Source: Vulcanimicrobiota bacterium (lineage in GTDB: Bacteria; Vulcanimicrobiota; Vulcanimicrobiia; Vulcanimicrobiales; Vulcanimicrobiaceae). Taken from it: a stretch of DNA of 64,000 bases. The stretch is taken from positions 2,174 through 66,173 of the forward strand of contig CAWHWQ010000007.1 in the NCBI GenBank assembly GCA_963833095.1. The letters run 5' to 3'. A program made the translations under genes and the position numbers. The number at the start of each line of letters is the position of its first letter. The stretch's first letter is position 1. Below are positions 30,329-39,949 of the stretch, piece by piece. The notes beneath the pieces are model-generated. The model saw nothing but the letters and a program-made list of their open reading frames with translations. It was not told where the DNA came from and did not search any database.

Positions 30329-32069
30329 TCCTAATAGTCGACCGGGCGCAAGATAGAATTCGTTGATCGCGGTGTTCGTGAGCATCGCGGTCGTGGGCAG
30401 ATGGCGCTTCCAATGCGTCGAGTCGACGCGACGGCGAACGAGCGCGACGTCGTGCGCGTCGAAGCCGCGTTCGACCAACTGCTCGTCGGAATATCCGAGC
30501 AAGAGTTGCGCCAGAATCGCGTCTGCCCGCGCATAGGTGATGCCCAGGTCGCGCTTCGTCGGTTTGGTCGGCCTCGAGATCCGCACTCGGCGCCTTTTCG
30601 ATCAGCGCTGCAGGCACGCCGAGGATAGCGCGCGAGCGCCCACACTTGCGTCTTGAACAGATCGCCGAGCGGATTGAGCGGCGGCGTGTCGTCGGCGTGC
30701 CAGGTGAAATAGCCCAGCAGCCGTTCGGTCTTGTTTCCGGTGCCGATCGGCAGCGCGTCGAGTTTGGCGGATTGATCGAAAAGCACGAGCATGCGCGTGC
30801 GCGCCATGACGTTTCCGCGCCGGCGCGCATCGGCGTCGGGTTCAAATTGCAGGTAGCCGTCGACGGCGCCGGTGATTTCGATCGTGCGCTCGTGGATGCC
30901 GAGCGCGTCGATCACCAGCTGCGCGTCGGCGAGACTCGCTGGGCTCGACGTCTGTACGGCATGCGAATCGCGTAGACGTTCTCGGGGCCGAGCGCTCGCG
31001 CGCACAAGTACGCCGTCACAGCCGAATCGACGCCGCCCGAGAGACCGATGACCGCGCGGCGGATACCGCGACGATCGATGAGTTCGTCGCGAAGGAATGC
31101 CTCCAGCCAGCGCGTCGCAACCGCCGCGATTGATCGCCGGCGGTCGCAGTGGCGTGTCTGCGCGGCGCTTCAACGACCGTAAGCATCGTCACTGCCTCCC
31201 TGCGGCAACGGCAGTTCCTCGTCCAGCAAAAGATCGGGAAGCACCGCGCCGAGGTCGCCGAGCAGCGGTAAACTTGCGCGAGCCAGATCGACGTCGCGCA
31301 AATCGAGTTCGGCCCGCATGATCGCACACTCGCCGATCTCGGGCGCCTGCACGCATCACGTCTCCGCGTGGGTCGATGATGCAGGACGAACCCGTCATGC
31401 CTTTGCCGCCCTCAAATCCGGTGAGGCCCGCGTACAGCACGAAGACTCCATGTTCGGTCGCGACTCGAGCGAAGAATCTCGCGCCAGTGCGTGATTGACG
31501 TCAGTTCGCTCTCGCCCTCGATACCGCGGCCCGGCGCCGCCTGGGAACGATCAGGACGCGCGCGCCCTTAATTGCGGCGATCGTCGGCATGATCGCATGC
31601 CACACGTCTTCGCAAATCAAGATCGCGATGCGTCCGAACCGCGTCTCGAATGTCTGCAAACGCCGGCCGCGCGAGAGAAAACGTTCCTCGTCGAAAACGC
31701 CGTACGTCGGCAAGAACATCTTGCGATGCACGTGCACGATCTCGTGATCCTTCGCGTCCAACGCGGAGATAGATCGCGCTGTTGTAGTACGTGCCGTCGT
31801 CGTTCTCGTAGAACCCGCAGCACAGCTCCACCTCGCGCTCGCCCGCGCCTTCACGCCAAGCGCGCGCGAGATCGTCGGCAAAGACCGTTGCCGGTCGCGC
31901 CAAATCGTAGACCGCGCCCTCGAGGAAATAGCCCGTCATCGCGGCCTCGGGAAAGACGATCAAGATCGGGTGCGTTGGACTCGGCGGCGATCTGCGAGAA
32001 GATCTCGCTGGACTCGGCAAGGTTCTCGCGATAGCGACCTTTTGCGGGTTTGACCTGCACGAGGCGCAC
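30326..32069 (-). pseudogene. nadE: Glutamine-dependent NAD+ synthetase, fragmented by many frameshifts
   Basis: Recognisable pieces are spread over all three minus frames. They include the CN-hydrolase part ('LIVFPEAAMTGYFLEG', 'HRKMFLPTYGVFDEERF', 'IAILICEDVWH'). They also include the synthetase part ('GGVDSAVTA', 'NKTERLLGYFTWHADDTPPLNPLGDLFKTQVW', 'GITYARADAILAQLLLGYSDEQLVERGF'). Confidence 0.75.
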
Positions 32070-32097
32070 GTCGTAACGTGACGGCGAACGCTCGCCG

Positions 32098-33547
32098 TTA
32101 GTCCGCGCCGGCACTGGTCGCCAACTCGATCATCTGATCGCCCGGCTGGCGCAGGCCACACTGCGCCGCACACTCTTCTGCCGGATACGTCCAAATCTCC
32201 GCAAGCGTCGGATGGAGATGCGGAATGCGCATGAACTCCGCGACCGTCGCGTGATAATTCATTGCGACGATCACTTCGTGGATCAGCTCCGAGCCTTGCG
32301 GCCCGATGATCGAAGCGCCCAAGATTTCGCCCGGTCACCGGCTCCGAGCCATCATCTTCACGAAGCCCTTGGTCTTGTTGAGACACATCGCCTTGCCGTG
32401 CTCGGCGAAATCGTACCGGCCGACGCAGTACGCGATTCCCGCTGCTGTAAGCTCCTTCTCGACTCATCCCGACGTGAGCAACTTGCGGATCGCTGAAGAC
32501 CGTGTGCGCGCTGACGATCCGATAATCGGCTTCTTCACGCTCGCCTTGGCACGCGTTGCGCGCCGCAATTTCGCCCTGGTAGATCGCGACGTGGACGAGC
32601 AGATAGTCGCCGGTGACGTCGCCGACGGCGAAGATGTTCGGCTTGCTCGTCCGCAGCGTCGCGTCGACGGCGATACCGCTCCAAGCGTCGAAGGCGACGC
32701 CGGCCGTTCGAGCCCGAGGCCACTCGACGTTGGGCGCGCGTCCCATGCGCGAAAAAGATTTCGCTCCGCGACGAGCTCGTGCCGTTCCCCATCGCGCGAC
32801 GTAACGAACGACTTTGCGCGTCGCGCGCGCTTTTCGATCCGAGTCACGCGCGTTCGGGAACACGTCGATCCCTTCGTCACGAAAGTACCGCGTCAACGCG
32901 TCGCCGATATCGTCGTCGGCGTAGGTAAGCAGATGATTGCTGCGGATCAGCGATCGTCGTCTTGGCGCCCATCCGCGCGAGAAATTGTCCGAGTTCGCAG
33001 GCCGTGTAACCGCCGCCAAGTACCGACGACCGAGGCCGGAATCGACTCGAGCTCGAGCGCGCTATCGCTATCGAGGAAGCCGGTTTCTTCTAAGCCCGGG
33101 ATGACCGCCGGCGCGACCGACGCTGCCGGTCGCGATGACGAACGTCCGGGCGCTCAAGACGGTGTCGCTCGCCGACTGCAGCTGCGTTCTGCGAGACGAA
33201 GCGTCGCATGCCCTTGATACAGAGGGAAACTTCGCGATGCCCTCGATGCGATAGTCGGCGAACTCTTTGACGAGCTCGCGCTTGCGTCGCGCGATGAACG
33301 GCATATCGACCGTGATGTCGCCCGCGATACGAACGCCGAGCGCGCGCGACTTCGCGCACGTCATGCAGCGCATCGCTCGAGGCCAAGAACGCTTTGCTCG
33401 GCATGCAGCCGCGCAGAATGCACAGTCCGCCGAGCGGCCCATGATCGACCAGCGCGACTTCGGCGCCGAAATCGCCGCGGTACGGGCTGCGGCGTAGCCG
33501 CCTGAACCGGCACCGACGACGACGAGGTCGTATTCGAGGGTTTCCAT
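32098..33547 (-). pseudogene. Pyridine nucleotide-disulfide oxidoreductase (dihydrolipoyl dehydrogenase / MerA-like), fragmented by many frameshifts
   Basis: 'METLEYDLVVVGAGSGGYAAARTAA' (FAD-binding GxGxxG), 'GGLCILRGCMPSK' (redox CxxxxC), 'NIFAVGDVTGDYLLVHVAIYQGEIAA' and the C-terminal 'HPTLAEIW' occur in different frames. Confidence 0.7.
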
Positions 33548-34475
33548 GTTCTAGCCGACTCGGGCGCGCACCCAAGCGATGGATCGATTCGATGAACCGA
33601 ACGGTGCCGTTCGAATGAACCAGAATCGAATGCGTGCGCGCGTGGTTGCCGAAAAAACGCACGCCGCGCACGAGATCGCCGTCGGTAATGCCGGTCGCGG
33701 TAAAGATCACGTTGTCGCTCTTGACAAGATCGTCAATCGTCAGAACGCGCTCGAGGTCGCCGAATCCCATGGCGATCGCGCGATCGGCTTCTTCTTGACT
33801 GCGCGGCTCGAGGCGGCCCATGAAATTTCCGCCCAGGCACTTGATTGCGGCCGCGGCAAGCACGCCTTCCGGCGCGCCGCCCGTACCCATCGCGACGTGA
33901 ATGCCGGTTGTTTCGATTGCAGTCGCGATGCACGCATCGACGTCGCCGTCGGAAATCAGCTTGATACGAGCGCCGGCTTCGCGCACTTCGCTGATCAAGT
34001 CGGCATGACGCGGTCGATCGAGGATCACGACACACACGTCGCTGATCGGCTTTTCGAGGGCGTTGGCGACCGCTTCCAGATTCTCGCGCACCGGCGCGTC
34101 GATGTGGACGAACGGCGCGGCTTTCGGGCCGACGGCGAGTTTCTTCATATATGAGTCCGGCGCGTGCAGCAGACCGCCGCGCTCGGAGATGGCCATCACG
34201 GCGATCGAGTTGGGCAACCCGTTTGCGACTAGATTCGTCCCCTCGACCGGATCGACGGCGATATCGACCTCGAATCCGCCCCGGCCGACTTCCTCGCCGA
34301 TGAAGAGCATCGGCGCTTCGTCGCGCTCGCCCTCGCCGATCACGATGCGGCCGGAGATTTCCATCTCGCCAAGCGCTTCGCGCATTTTTTCGACGGCGGC
34401 TCCGTCGGCGGCGTCGCGTTCGCCACGTCCCATCCAGCGCGAAGCCGCCAGCGCCGCATTTTCGGTAACTTTCAC
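33090..34475 (-). CDS. glpX: Class II fructose-1,6-bisphosphatase (GlpX); the ORF lacks its natural stop and runs ~150 codons into the neighbouring pseudogene
   Basis: 'VTENAALAASRWMGRGERDAADGAAV', 'IAVDPVEGTN', 'ILDRPRH..LI.E.R..GARI.LI.DGDV' and 'GTGGAPEGVLAAAA' match GlpX. Homology ends near 'VRFIESIHRLG' (about 33560). The remaining ORF is read-through in one frame of the lpd-like gene. Confidence 0.85.
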   Translation of the reverse strand: MKVTENAALAASRWMGRGERDAADGAAVEKMREALGEMEISGRIVIGEGERDEAPMLFIGEEVGRGGFEVDIAVDPVEGTNLVANGLPNSIAVMAISERGGLLHAPDSYMKKLAVGPKAAPFVHIDAPVRENLEAVANALEKPISDVCVVILDRPRHADLISEVREAGARIKLISDGDVDACIATAIETTGIHVAMGTGGAPEGVLAAAAIKCLGGNFMGRLEPRSQEEADRAIAMGFGDLERVLTIDDLVKSDNVIFTATGITDGDLVRGVRFFGNHARTHSILVHSNGTVRFIESIHRLGARPSRLEHGNPRIRPRRRRCRFRRLRRSPYRGDFGAEVALVDHGPLGGLCILRGCMPSKAFLASSDALHDVREVARARRSYRGRHHGRYAVHRATQARARQRVRRLSHRGHREVSLCIKGMRRFVSQNAAAVGERHRLERPDVRHRDRQRRSRRRSSRA

Positions 34476-34557
34476 AAAATCGAGCGGAGTGTGACGTCCG
34501 GGAAGTCGAGCATGCCACCCGGCTCTACAAGGGAACCCCCACGATTTCCTTTAAGAA

Positions 34558-36089
34558 ATGTGGCCGTGTCGACCCACGCTCACGCTCCCACATCCGACCA
34601 TGCGCACACCGGTCTCGAGCGATTTGCTCGCTGCGGGCTGGCTCTATGGGCTGCCGTCGGGCTCGCCGGATTTACGATCGGCTTTTTCGCATGGCTATGC
34701 GCTCATCGCGCCGCATCACTACGCGTTCGTTAGCGAACTGGGTTTGTTAGTTGCGCTTGCCGGTGGAACGAGCGCGACGCTGTGGCTTTGGCAATGGTAC
34801 GCGCGCTACTTTTCTCGACGCACGGGCGCCACTTATGCTCGCTCGCTGCGCTATGATGCCTTTACCTGGGTGCCGTTCCTCCTACTGTGGCTGACGTTCG
34901 TTCTGCCGCTCAGGACTCACACACGGCGAGTCGCGTATCTTTGTGGCCTGCGCCGCCGTGTTCTGCCTCGGGAAAGTGCTCATCGCGGCGCGCTTCAATC
35001 AAACCGTTCGCGAGGTGCTGCTCGACTTCGTAGCGACGCGAACCGCAATCATCGTCATCGCCGAGCTCGCCGCCGTCATCATCGGTCAACGCGCCGGGTC
35101 GCACGTGCAAGAGTCGTCGCACGCGCTGCTCAACGTCTGGGGACGATGGGATGCGGTGCACTACCTCGACGATTGCAACGCAGGGATATGCGGGCACCGA
35201 CATGGCGTTCTTTCCGCTCTTTCCGTTGTTGATCCGCATCCTTGGATCGCTGGTCGGCAACCATCTCGTCGCGGGCCTCTTGATCTCGAACGCCTCGTTC
35301 TTTTTCGGCTTGCTTTATCTCTACAAGCTGCTCGAGCATGAGTACGATCGATCGGTGGCGCGGCGCGCGATCTTCTACGTCTCGATCTTCCCCTCCGCGT
35401 TCTTCTTCTCGGCGGTCTACACCGAATCGCTCTTCTTCATGCTTACCGTCGCGTCGTTCTACTACATGCGCATGCATCACTGGTGGTTCGCGGGCGCGAT
35501 CGGCTTTTTAGCCGCGCTAACCCGTGTCGAGGGCGTCTTGCTCGTCGTCCCGTTTTTGATCGAGTGGTACTCGCAGTACAAACCCAACCTCAAGCAACAC
35601 CTCTCCAACCTGCTTCCGGGCGGGTTGATTCCGCTTGGCCTTTTCACGTACATGGCGTTCTTGTGGGTCCTAGTCGGCGATCCGCTCTACTTTTCGCACG
35701 TCCAGATTCACTGGAACCGCCATTTCGCGCTGCCGTGGGTAAGCGTCGTCAATTCGCTCCATCAGATCGCCACGGCTACGCAAGGTCAAACGATCGCCAA
35801 TCAATTGATGGAATTGTCGTTCACCTTCCTGATGATTGGCGTGCTGATCGTCGGCTGGAAGCAGCTTCGTCCGTCGTACATCGCCTACATGGCGCTCTCG
35901 ATCCTGATCCCCATGTCGACCTCGAGCCTGATGAGCATGCCGCGATTCGCGCTGGTGCTCTTTCCCATGTTCGCAATTCTCGGGCGCGACGGCGAGCGGC
36001 CGTGGGTCAATAACCTCATCCTTGCCTTCTCGCTCCCGCTCTTGGGACTGTTCACCGTGCTCTTTGCAGATTGGTATTGGGTTGCTTGA
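34558..36089 (+). pseudogene. PIG-V-like integral membrane mannosyl/glycosyltransferase, two frame changes
   Basis: 'WGRWDAVHYLD' (frame of 34943-35341) and 'IATQGYAGTDMAFFPLFPLL...' (35151-36089) together rebuild the 'WD..WY..IA..GY....AFFP' motif I associate with the PIG-V family, offset by one nt at about 35171. A further switch lies near 34910. The start is uncertain. Confidence 0.5.
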
Positions 36090-36507
36090 CAGCATTAGTT
36101 CGATAGCCGGCCGCCGCGGAGTACGGCAATTCGTCAAGTTCGGCATCGTCGGCGCTTCCGGATTCATCGTGAATCTCGTCGTGTTCACGTTTCTTCAACG
36201 CCTAGATCCGCTGCACAATGAGGCGCTGCACTACAACGTGCTCTATTCGATCGGCTTTCTTGCCGGCGGCGTTTCCAACTATTGGCTCAATCGAGTTTGG
36301 ACCTTCCGCTCAACCGGGCACGCCGTTCGCGAGGGCGCGCAATTCCTTACCGTTTCGGTGATTGCTTTGGTCGTCGGCTTGGTCGTATCGGCCATCGTCG
36401 CACCTTACCTCGGCCACGGCCACCGCACATGGTTCATCGCGACCGTCGCCGGTATTTTCGTCAACTTCTTCGTGAACAAATATTGGACGTTCAAACATAT
36501 AAGCTGA
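36022..36507 (+). CDS. GtrA-family membrane protein
   Basis: 'RQFVKFGIVGASGFIVNLVVFTFL' and the C-terminal 'FFVNKYWTF' are GtrA hallmarks. The true start is probably the in-frame TTG at 36082 rather than 36022. Confidence 0.7.
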   Translation: MPSRSRSWDCSPCSLQIGIGLLDSISSIAGRRGVRQFVKFGIVGASGFIVNLVVFTFLQRLDPLHNEALHYNVLYSIGFLAGGVSNYWLNRVWTFRSTGHAVREGAQFLTVSVIALVVGLVVSAIVAPYLGHGHRTWFIATVAGIFVNFFVNKYWTFKHIS

Positions 36508-36510
36508 GCG

Positions 36511-36749
36511 TTGTCACCCCGACCGTAGCGTTAAAGGCGCGTAGCCGAGGGAGGCGGAGGACACGTGTCGTCAAGGGAAGGCTCGAAGTTTTGCGCCATT
36601 CACAGGATGCGAACTTCCTTTGCTCGTGGCGCAAATCTCGCGCAGCAGGAGTGGCGCGGGAAGTGCCGCAACGAGCGTCTTCCCTGGCGACACGTATCAT
36701 CCGCCTTCCTCGACTACGTTCGCTTCGCTCCCTAGCCTCGCGATGACAA
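36511..36749. repeat. ~240-bp hairpin element with long imperfect (~70-nt) inverted arms, same end family as 25841-26011
   Basis: The left end TTGTCACCCCGACCGTAGCG...GCGTAGCCGAGGGAGGCGGAGGACACGTGTCG pairs with the reverse complement of the right end ...CGACACGTATCATCCGCCTTCCTCGACTACG...CGCGATGACAA. The ends resemble the TIR of the 25.8-kb element. Confidence 0.7.
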
Positions 36750-38353
36750 TGGTCGAAAAGCGCTTCACGCTCTTTCTCCTGGCGATCGTAGCCTTTGGGA
36801 CCCTGCTGCGCCTATACGGCATTCACGATCCGCTGCTCGACCATCCGGCCTGGCGACAGGGCGATACGGCGAGCATCGCGCGCAACTTCGCGCACCTGCA
36901 ATACAGCATCATGTATCCGCAGACCAATTACGACGGGCCGCCGCCCAATTACGTCGAGTTGGAGTTGCAGATCGTGCCCTTTCTCGCCGCGACGCTGTAC
37001 AAGATATTCGGCGTCCACGAGATTTTCGGGCGGCTGATCACGCTCGTCTTCTCGCTGGGCACGGTTGGCGTCGTCGGGTTTTTCGGGCGTTGGCTCTTTA
37101 GTAGCGCAGTCGCCGGGCTTGCGGCGGCGTTCTTCTACGCAATCTTTCCCGGCAGCATCTATTATGGACGCACCTTCACGCCCGACACCGCGATGGTTTT
37201 CTTTCTGACTGCGGCGCTTTACGTCGTCGCGCGGTTGATCGTCGAAGACGAAGTCGTTACCCAGCGCTCGCTGGCGCGCGCAACGGCGCTGCTCACCTTT
37301 GCATATTTGGCTAAGCCCGTTGCGGTCGCCGGAATCGTTCCGGTCATCGGCATGCTATGGGAGCGTATCCGCAGCGGCCGCACGATGCGCCCGACCGCGA
37401 TCATGGTGCTCTTGATCGTCCCGCTGGTCGTGCTCTATCTCTACGACGTGCGCGTCAGTGAGCACGCCGAATGGCACTGGGCAAGCGGCATTACGACCTT
37501 GCACGTGATACCCGCGCTCAAAGCGGCGCTGACCTCCCCCGCCGGTTTCGCGCTCAAGTTCGCCCAGCTCCGCGAGGTCCTCGGACTCTTGCGCGCAACG
37601 ATGCTTGGATCGATCGCGTTCGTGTTGTCGATTGCGGGGTTCATCGCACTGATTTGGACCGACGCTCGCAGCAAGGCCCTGCTCTGGGGTTGGCTTGCCG
37701 GCGGACTGGTCTACACCTACGTGATCGTCACCGTCGAGCGGGTCGACTACTACATGTATTTGCTGCTGCCGCTCTGCGCGCTGGTCATCGGATCGCTCGT
37801 CGCGCGCTTTGTCGCGTGGGTCGAGACGGTCGACGCCGCGCCCGCTGCGCGCTATGCGATTCTCGCGCTCGCACCGCTCGCAGCGATTGCGTGCACGCTA
37901 CAGGCGCGCGCTGCAATCGAGCCCTACTACACCTATAACAAGCAGGCGTATCGTAACGCGGTTTTCTTGAATCACACGCTGGCGCCGGACGCGCTGGTCG
38001 TGGTCGGCCACTATGGTCCCGACGTACTCTACTACATCAATCGCTACGGCTGGGAAGAGGATCCGGCAATCTGGACACCTTTCGACGAGGAGAGCGCGAT
38101 CCGTAAAGGCGCGCGCTACTTCATCTCGATCGAGGACAACCGGCTACGCCGTAACGCAGAACTCTGCGCGTGGTTGGCGCGCTTTCCGGTGCTCAATGCC
38201 AAGGCAGAGTGGCCGGTGTACGTCACCGATCCCGCGCATGAGCTCGCCGGCGCGGATGCGTTTTGGCGCGCCTTCCGCTCAGCCGAAGCGGCCGGTCACG
38301 CTCGCGCGTTCCTCGACGCTCACCGCGTTTGCACGCTCTCGCATCAGCCGTAG
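36743..38353 (+). CDS. GT39/ArnT-PMT-like membrane glycosyltransferase
   Basis: I prefer the start 'MTMVEKRFTLFLLAIVAFGTLLRLYG' (ATG 36743) within ORF 36620-38353. It has about 11 predicted hydrophobic spans and an early loop 'HPAWRQGDTASIARNF', like the PMT_2/ArnT family, followed by a soluble C-terminal domain. Confidence 0.65.
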   Translation: MTMVEKRFTLFLLAIVAFGTLLRLYGIHDPLLDHPAWRQGDTASIARNFAHLQYSIMYPQTNYDGPPPNYVELELQIVPFLAATLYKIFGVHEIFGRLITLVFSLGTVGVVGFFGRWLFSSAVAGLAAAFFYAIFPGSIYYGRTFTPDTAMVFFLTAALYVVARLIVEDEVVTQRSLARATALLTFAYLAKPVAVAGIVPVIGMLWERIRSGRTMRPTAIMVLLIVPLVVLYLYDVRVSEHAEWHWASGITTLHVIPALKAALTSPAGFALKFAQLREVLGLLRATMLGSIAFVLSIAGFIALIWTDARSKALLWGWLAGGLVYTYVIVTVERVDYYMYLLLPLCALVIGSLVARFVAWVETVDAAPAARYAILALAPLAAIACTLQARAAIEPYYTYNKQAYRNAVFLNHTLAPDALVVVGHYGPDVLYYINRYGWEEDPAIWTPFDEESAIRKGARYFISIEDNRLRRNAELCAWLARFPVLNAKAEWPVYVTDPAHELAGADAFWRAFRSAEAAGHARAFLDAHRVCTLSHQP

Positions 38354-38363
38354 CGACAGCATC

Positions 38364-38480
38364 TTGTCATGCTGAGCATAGCAATTGAACTGGCGCAAAA
38401 CTCGCGCAGCAGGAGCGGCACACGAAGTGCCGCGAGGAGCGTCTTTGCGGGCGACCGCTGTGATGTGCTTCCCTCGACAA
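38364..38480. repeat. Partial copy of the 36.6-kb hairpin element
   Basis: It starts TTGTCATGCTGAGCATAGC (TIR-like). The core 38391-38444 matches 36627-36680 at about 47 of 54 positions by hand alignment (TGGCGCAAA.CTCGCGCAGCAGGAG.GGC....GAAGTGCCGC...GAGCGTCT). Confidence 0.5.
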
Positions 38481-38484
38481 AGGG

Positions 38485-39294
38485 CTACAGCTTCGCTCTC
38501 AAAGGGTCGGCAGCGTCGATCTGACCGAAGACGGTCAGTGCGCGCTCGAACGCGTCGGGTCCGACGTGCGTCGGGCCCCGGAACGGAAAGTCCAGGCTCG
38601 TTGTGAGGAAGATGACCAGGCCAATCAAGAGCGCAAGCGTGCCGATCATCGCGGTCTGCATCACCGTCCGTCGAAAGCCGAAGAGATACGTAAAAGCGAT
38701 CGTAATGACTCCCCCCGCATAGACGGTAAACCACATCACGCCGTTGAGGCCGCTTGAATCCTCCGTGATACGTGCGTCACGGTCGAGCGCCGCCTCGCTC
38801 GTGCGCTCGAGCATGTGACTAAAGATCGCGGCTTGACGCTGACCAACGACCGCCGTCCGGTGTACGTCGCGCGAGAGCTTCTCGGCGATCGGGGCTTCGG
38901 GCGGCGTGATTCCTTGCGCCAGCGCCGGCCACCCGATGTAGATCGCGTGTTCCACGTATGTTCGCAGATCACGTCGCAACAGCGCACCGTTGCTAAATGA
39001 GCCAGCATCGCGGTACACCGCGGCGAGGCTGCTCGCTTCATCATACGTGCGGTCTTCGGCGGCCTCGAATCGCTCCCACACGCCGATGGCGACAAAGCCG
39101 AGAACAACCGCGTATAAGACCCCGACCACGGCAAAGATAAACCCGGTGAGGTCGTTGTGGTCACGCCGAAGTTCCGGATCGACGAGGCGACCCACGATGC
39201 GCGCAACGATGACCGAGAACAGCACGAAGCTGCCGATGACCAGTACCGCGCCCGGAATGATTGGAAGGGCTTCGAACCAGCCGATCGCAGCCAT
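38485..39294 (-). CDS. Membrane protein, DUF4239-like
   Basis: 269 aa with two N-terminal and two C-terminal hydrophobic spans around a soluble core. The overall pattern, including 'GFIFAVVGVLYAVVLGFVAIGVWERF', matches my recollection of DUF4239. Not verified. Confidence 0.45.
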   Translation of the reverse strand: MAAIGWFEALPIIPGAVLVIGSFVLFSVIVARIVGRLVDPELRRDHNDLTGFIFAVVGVLYAVVLGFVAIGVWERFEAAEDRTYDEASSLAAVYRDAGSFSNGALLRRDLRTYVEHAIYIGWPALAQGITPPEAPIAEKLSRDVHRTAVVGQRQAAIFSHMLERTSEAALDRDARITEDSSGLNGVMWFTVYAGGVITIAFTYLFGFRRTVMQTAMIGTLALLIGLVIFLTTSLDFPFRGPTHVGPDAFERALTVFGQIDAADPLRAKL

Positions 39295-39295
39295 C

Positions 39296-39949
39296 TTACG
39301 GCAGCGGCAGCAACGAGCCGGCGTTTACGCTCGTCGTTGCGTGAGCCGTCTCGGGAACCCCGGAGCTGACGATCTGGCGGTAGGTAATCAGCCGGTTGGT
39401 GTTGCGCGCGACGTCGAGTTCGAGATCGTAACTATGCTTGATCGCCGCGGTCAACTCGTCGGGATCGTACGTGTACGAGAACCGCTTGAGGCTTGCGAGA
39501 ATTGACTTGTTCGCAACGTCGAGCTGCTGGTACGCGTGTTGAATCTGCACGCCCGCATCTTTATAGGTCGGATAATTCGAGATCACGATCTCGCGCTTGA
39601 GCTTTGCGTCCTCGATTTGGCCTTTGAGCGCCTCGAGCCGAACACTCGAGGGATCGTATTTCTGGCCGCCGGCGATCGTAGCCAGGGCATCGTCGAAATC
39701 ACCTTTGCTGTACAGCTCTTGCGCAAAGTCGGCCGACGCCTGAACGAACCCCGCGCGAGCGCGCTCGTCGGTGGGATCGATCTTTAGAGCAAGGCTATAC
39801 GAGAGTTGCGCGTCCTTCACGTTGCCGCGCGCCAGCGCGACCTCGCCCTGGTGCACGCGGGTATTGACGACCCACTGCTCCACCGGGCCGGCACATCCGG
39901 CGAGAAACAGGAGAAGCGCAACGAATGCGACGTGCTTAGAAATGTACAT
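39296..39949 (-). CDS. Lipoprotein with TPR-like helical region
   Basis: The start at 'MYISKHVAFVALLLFLAGC|AG' (39949) inside ORF 39296-40024 gives a clean lipobox and overlaps the upstream gene by 14 nt. 'ALARGNVKDAQLSYSLALKIDPTDERA' is TPR-like. Confidence 0.5.
   Translation of the reverse strand: MYISKHVAFVALLLFLAGCAGPVEQWVVNTRVHQGEVALARGNVKDAQLSYSLALKIDPTDERARAGFVQASADFAQELYSKGDFDDALATIAGGQKYDPSSVRLEALKGQIEDAKLKREIVISNYPTYKDAGVQIQHAYQQLDVANKSILASLKRFSYTYDPDELTAAIKHSYDLELDVARNTNRLITYRQIVSSGVPETAHATTSVNAGSLLPLP

Noticed and set aside
31568-33019. A 483-aa minus-strand ORF that looks like one long gene.
   Set aside because: It is a chimera. It strings together in-frame and out-of-frame pieces of the frameshifted lpd-like and nadE genes, with real motifs alternating with Arg-rich nonsense.
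33733-34518. A 261-aa Arg-rich minus-strand ORF overlapping glpX.
   Set aside because: It is an out-of-frame shadow of glpX, with a composition dominated by Arg and no motifs.
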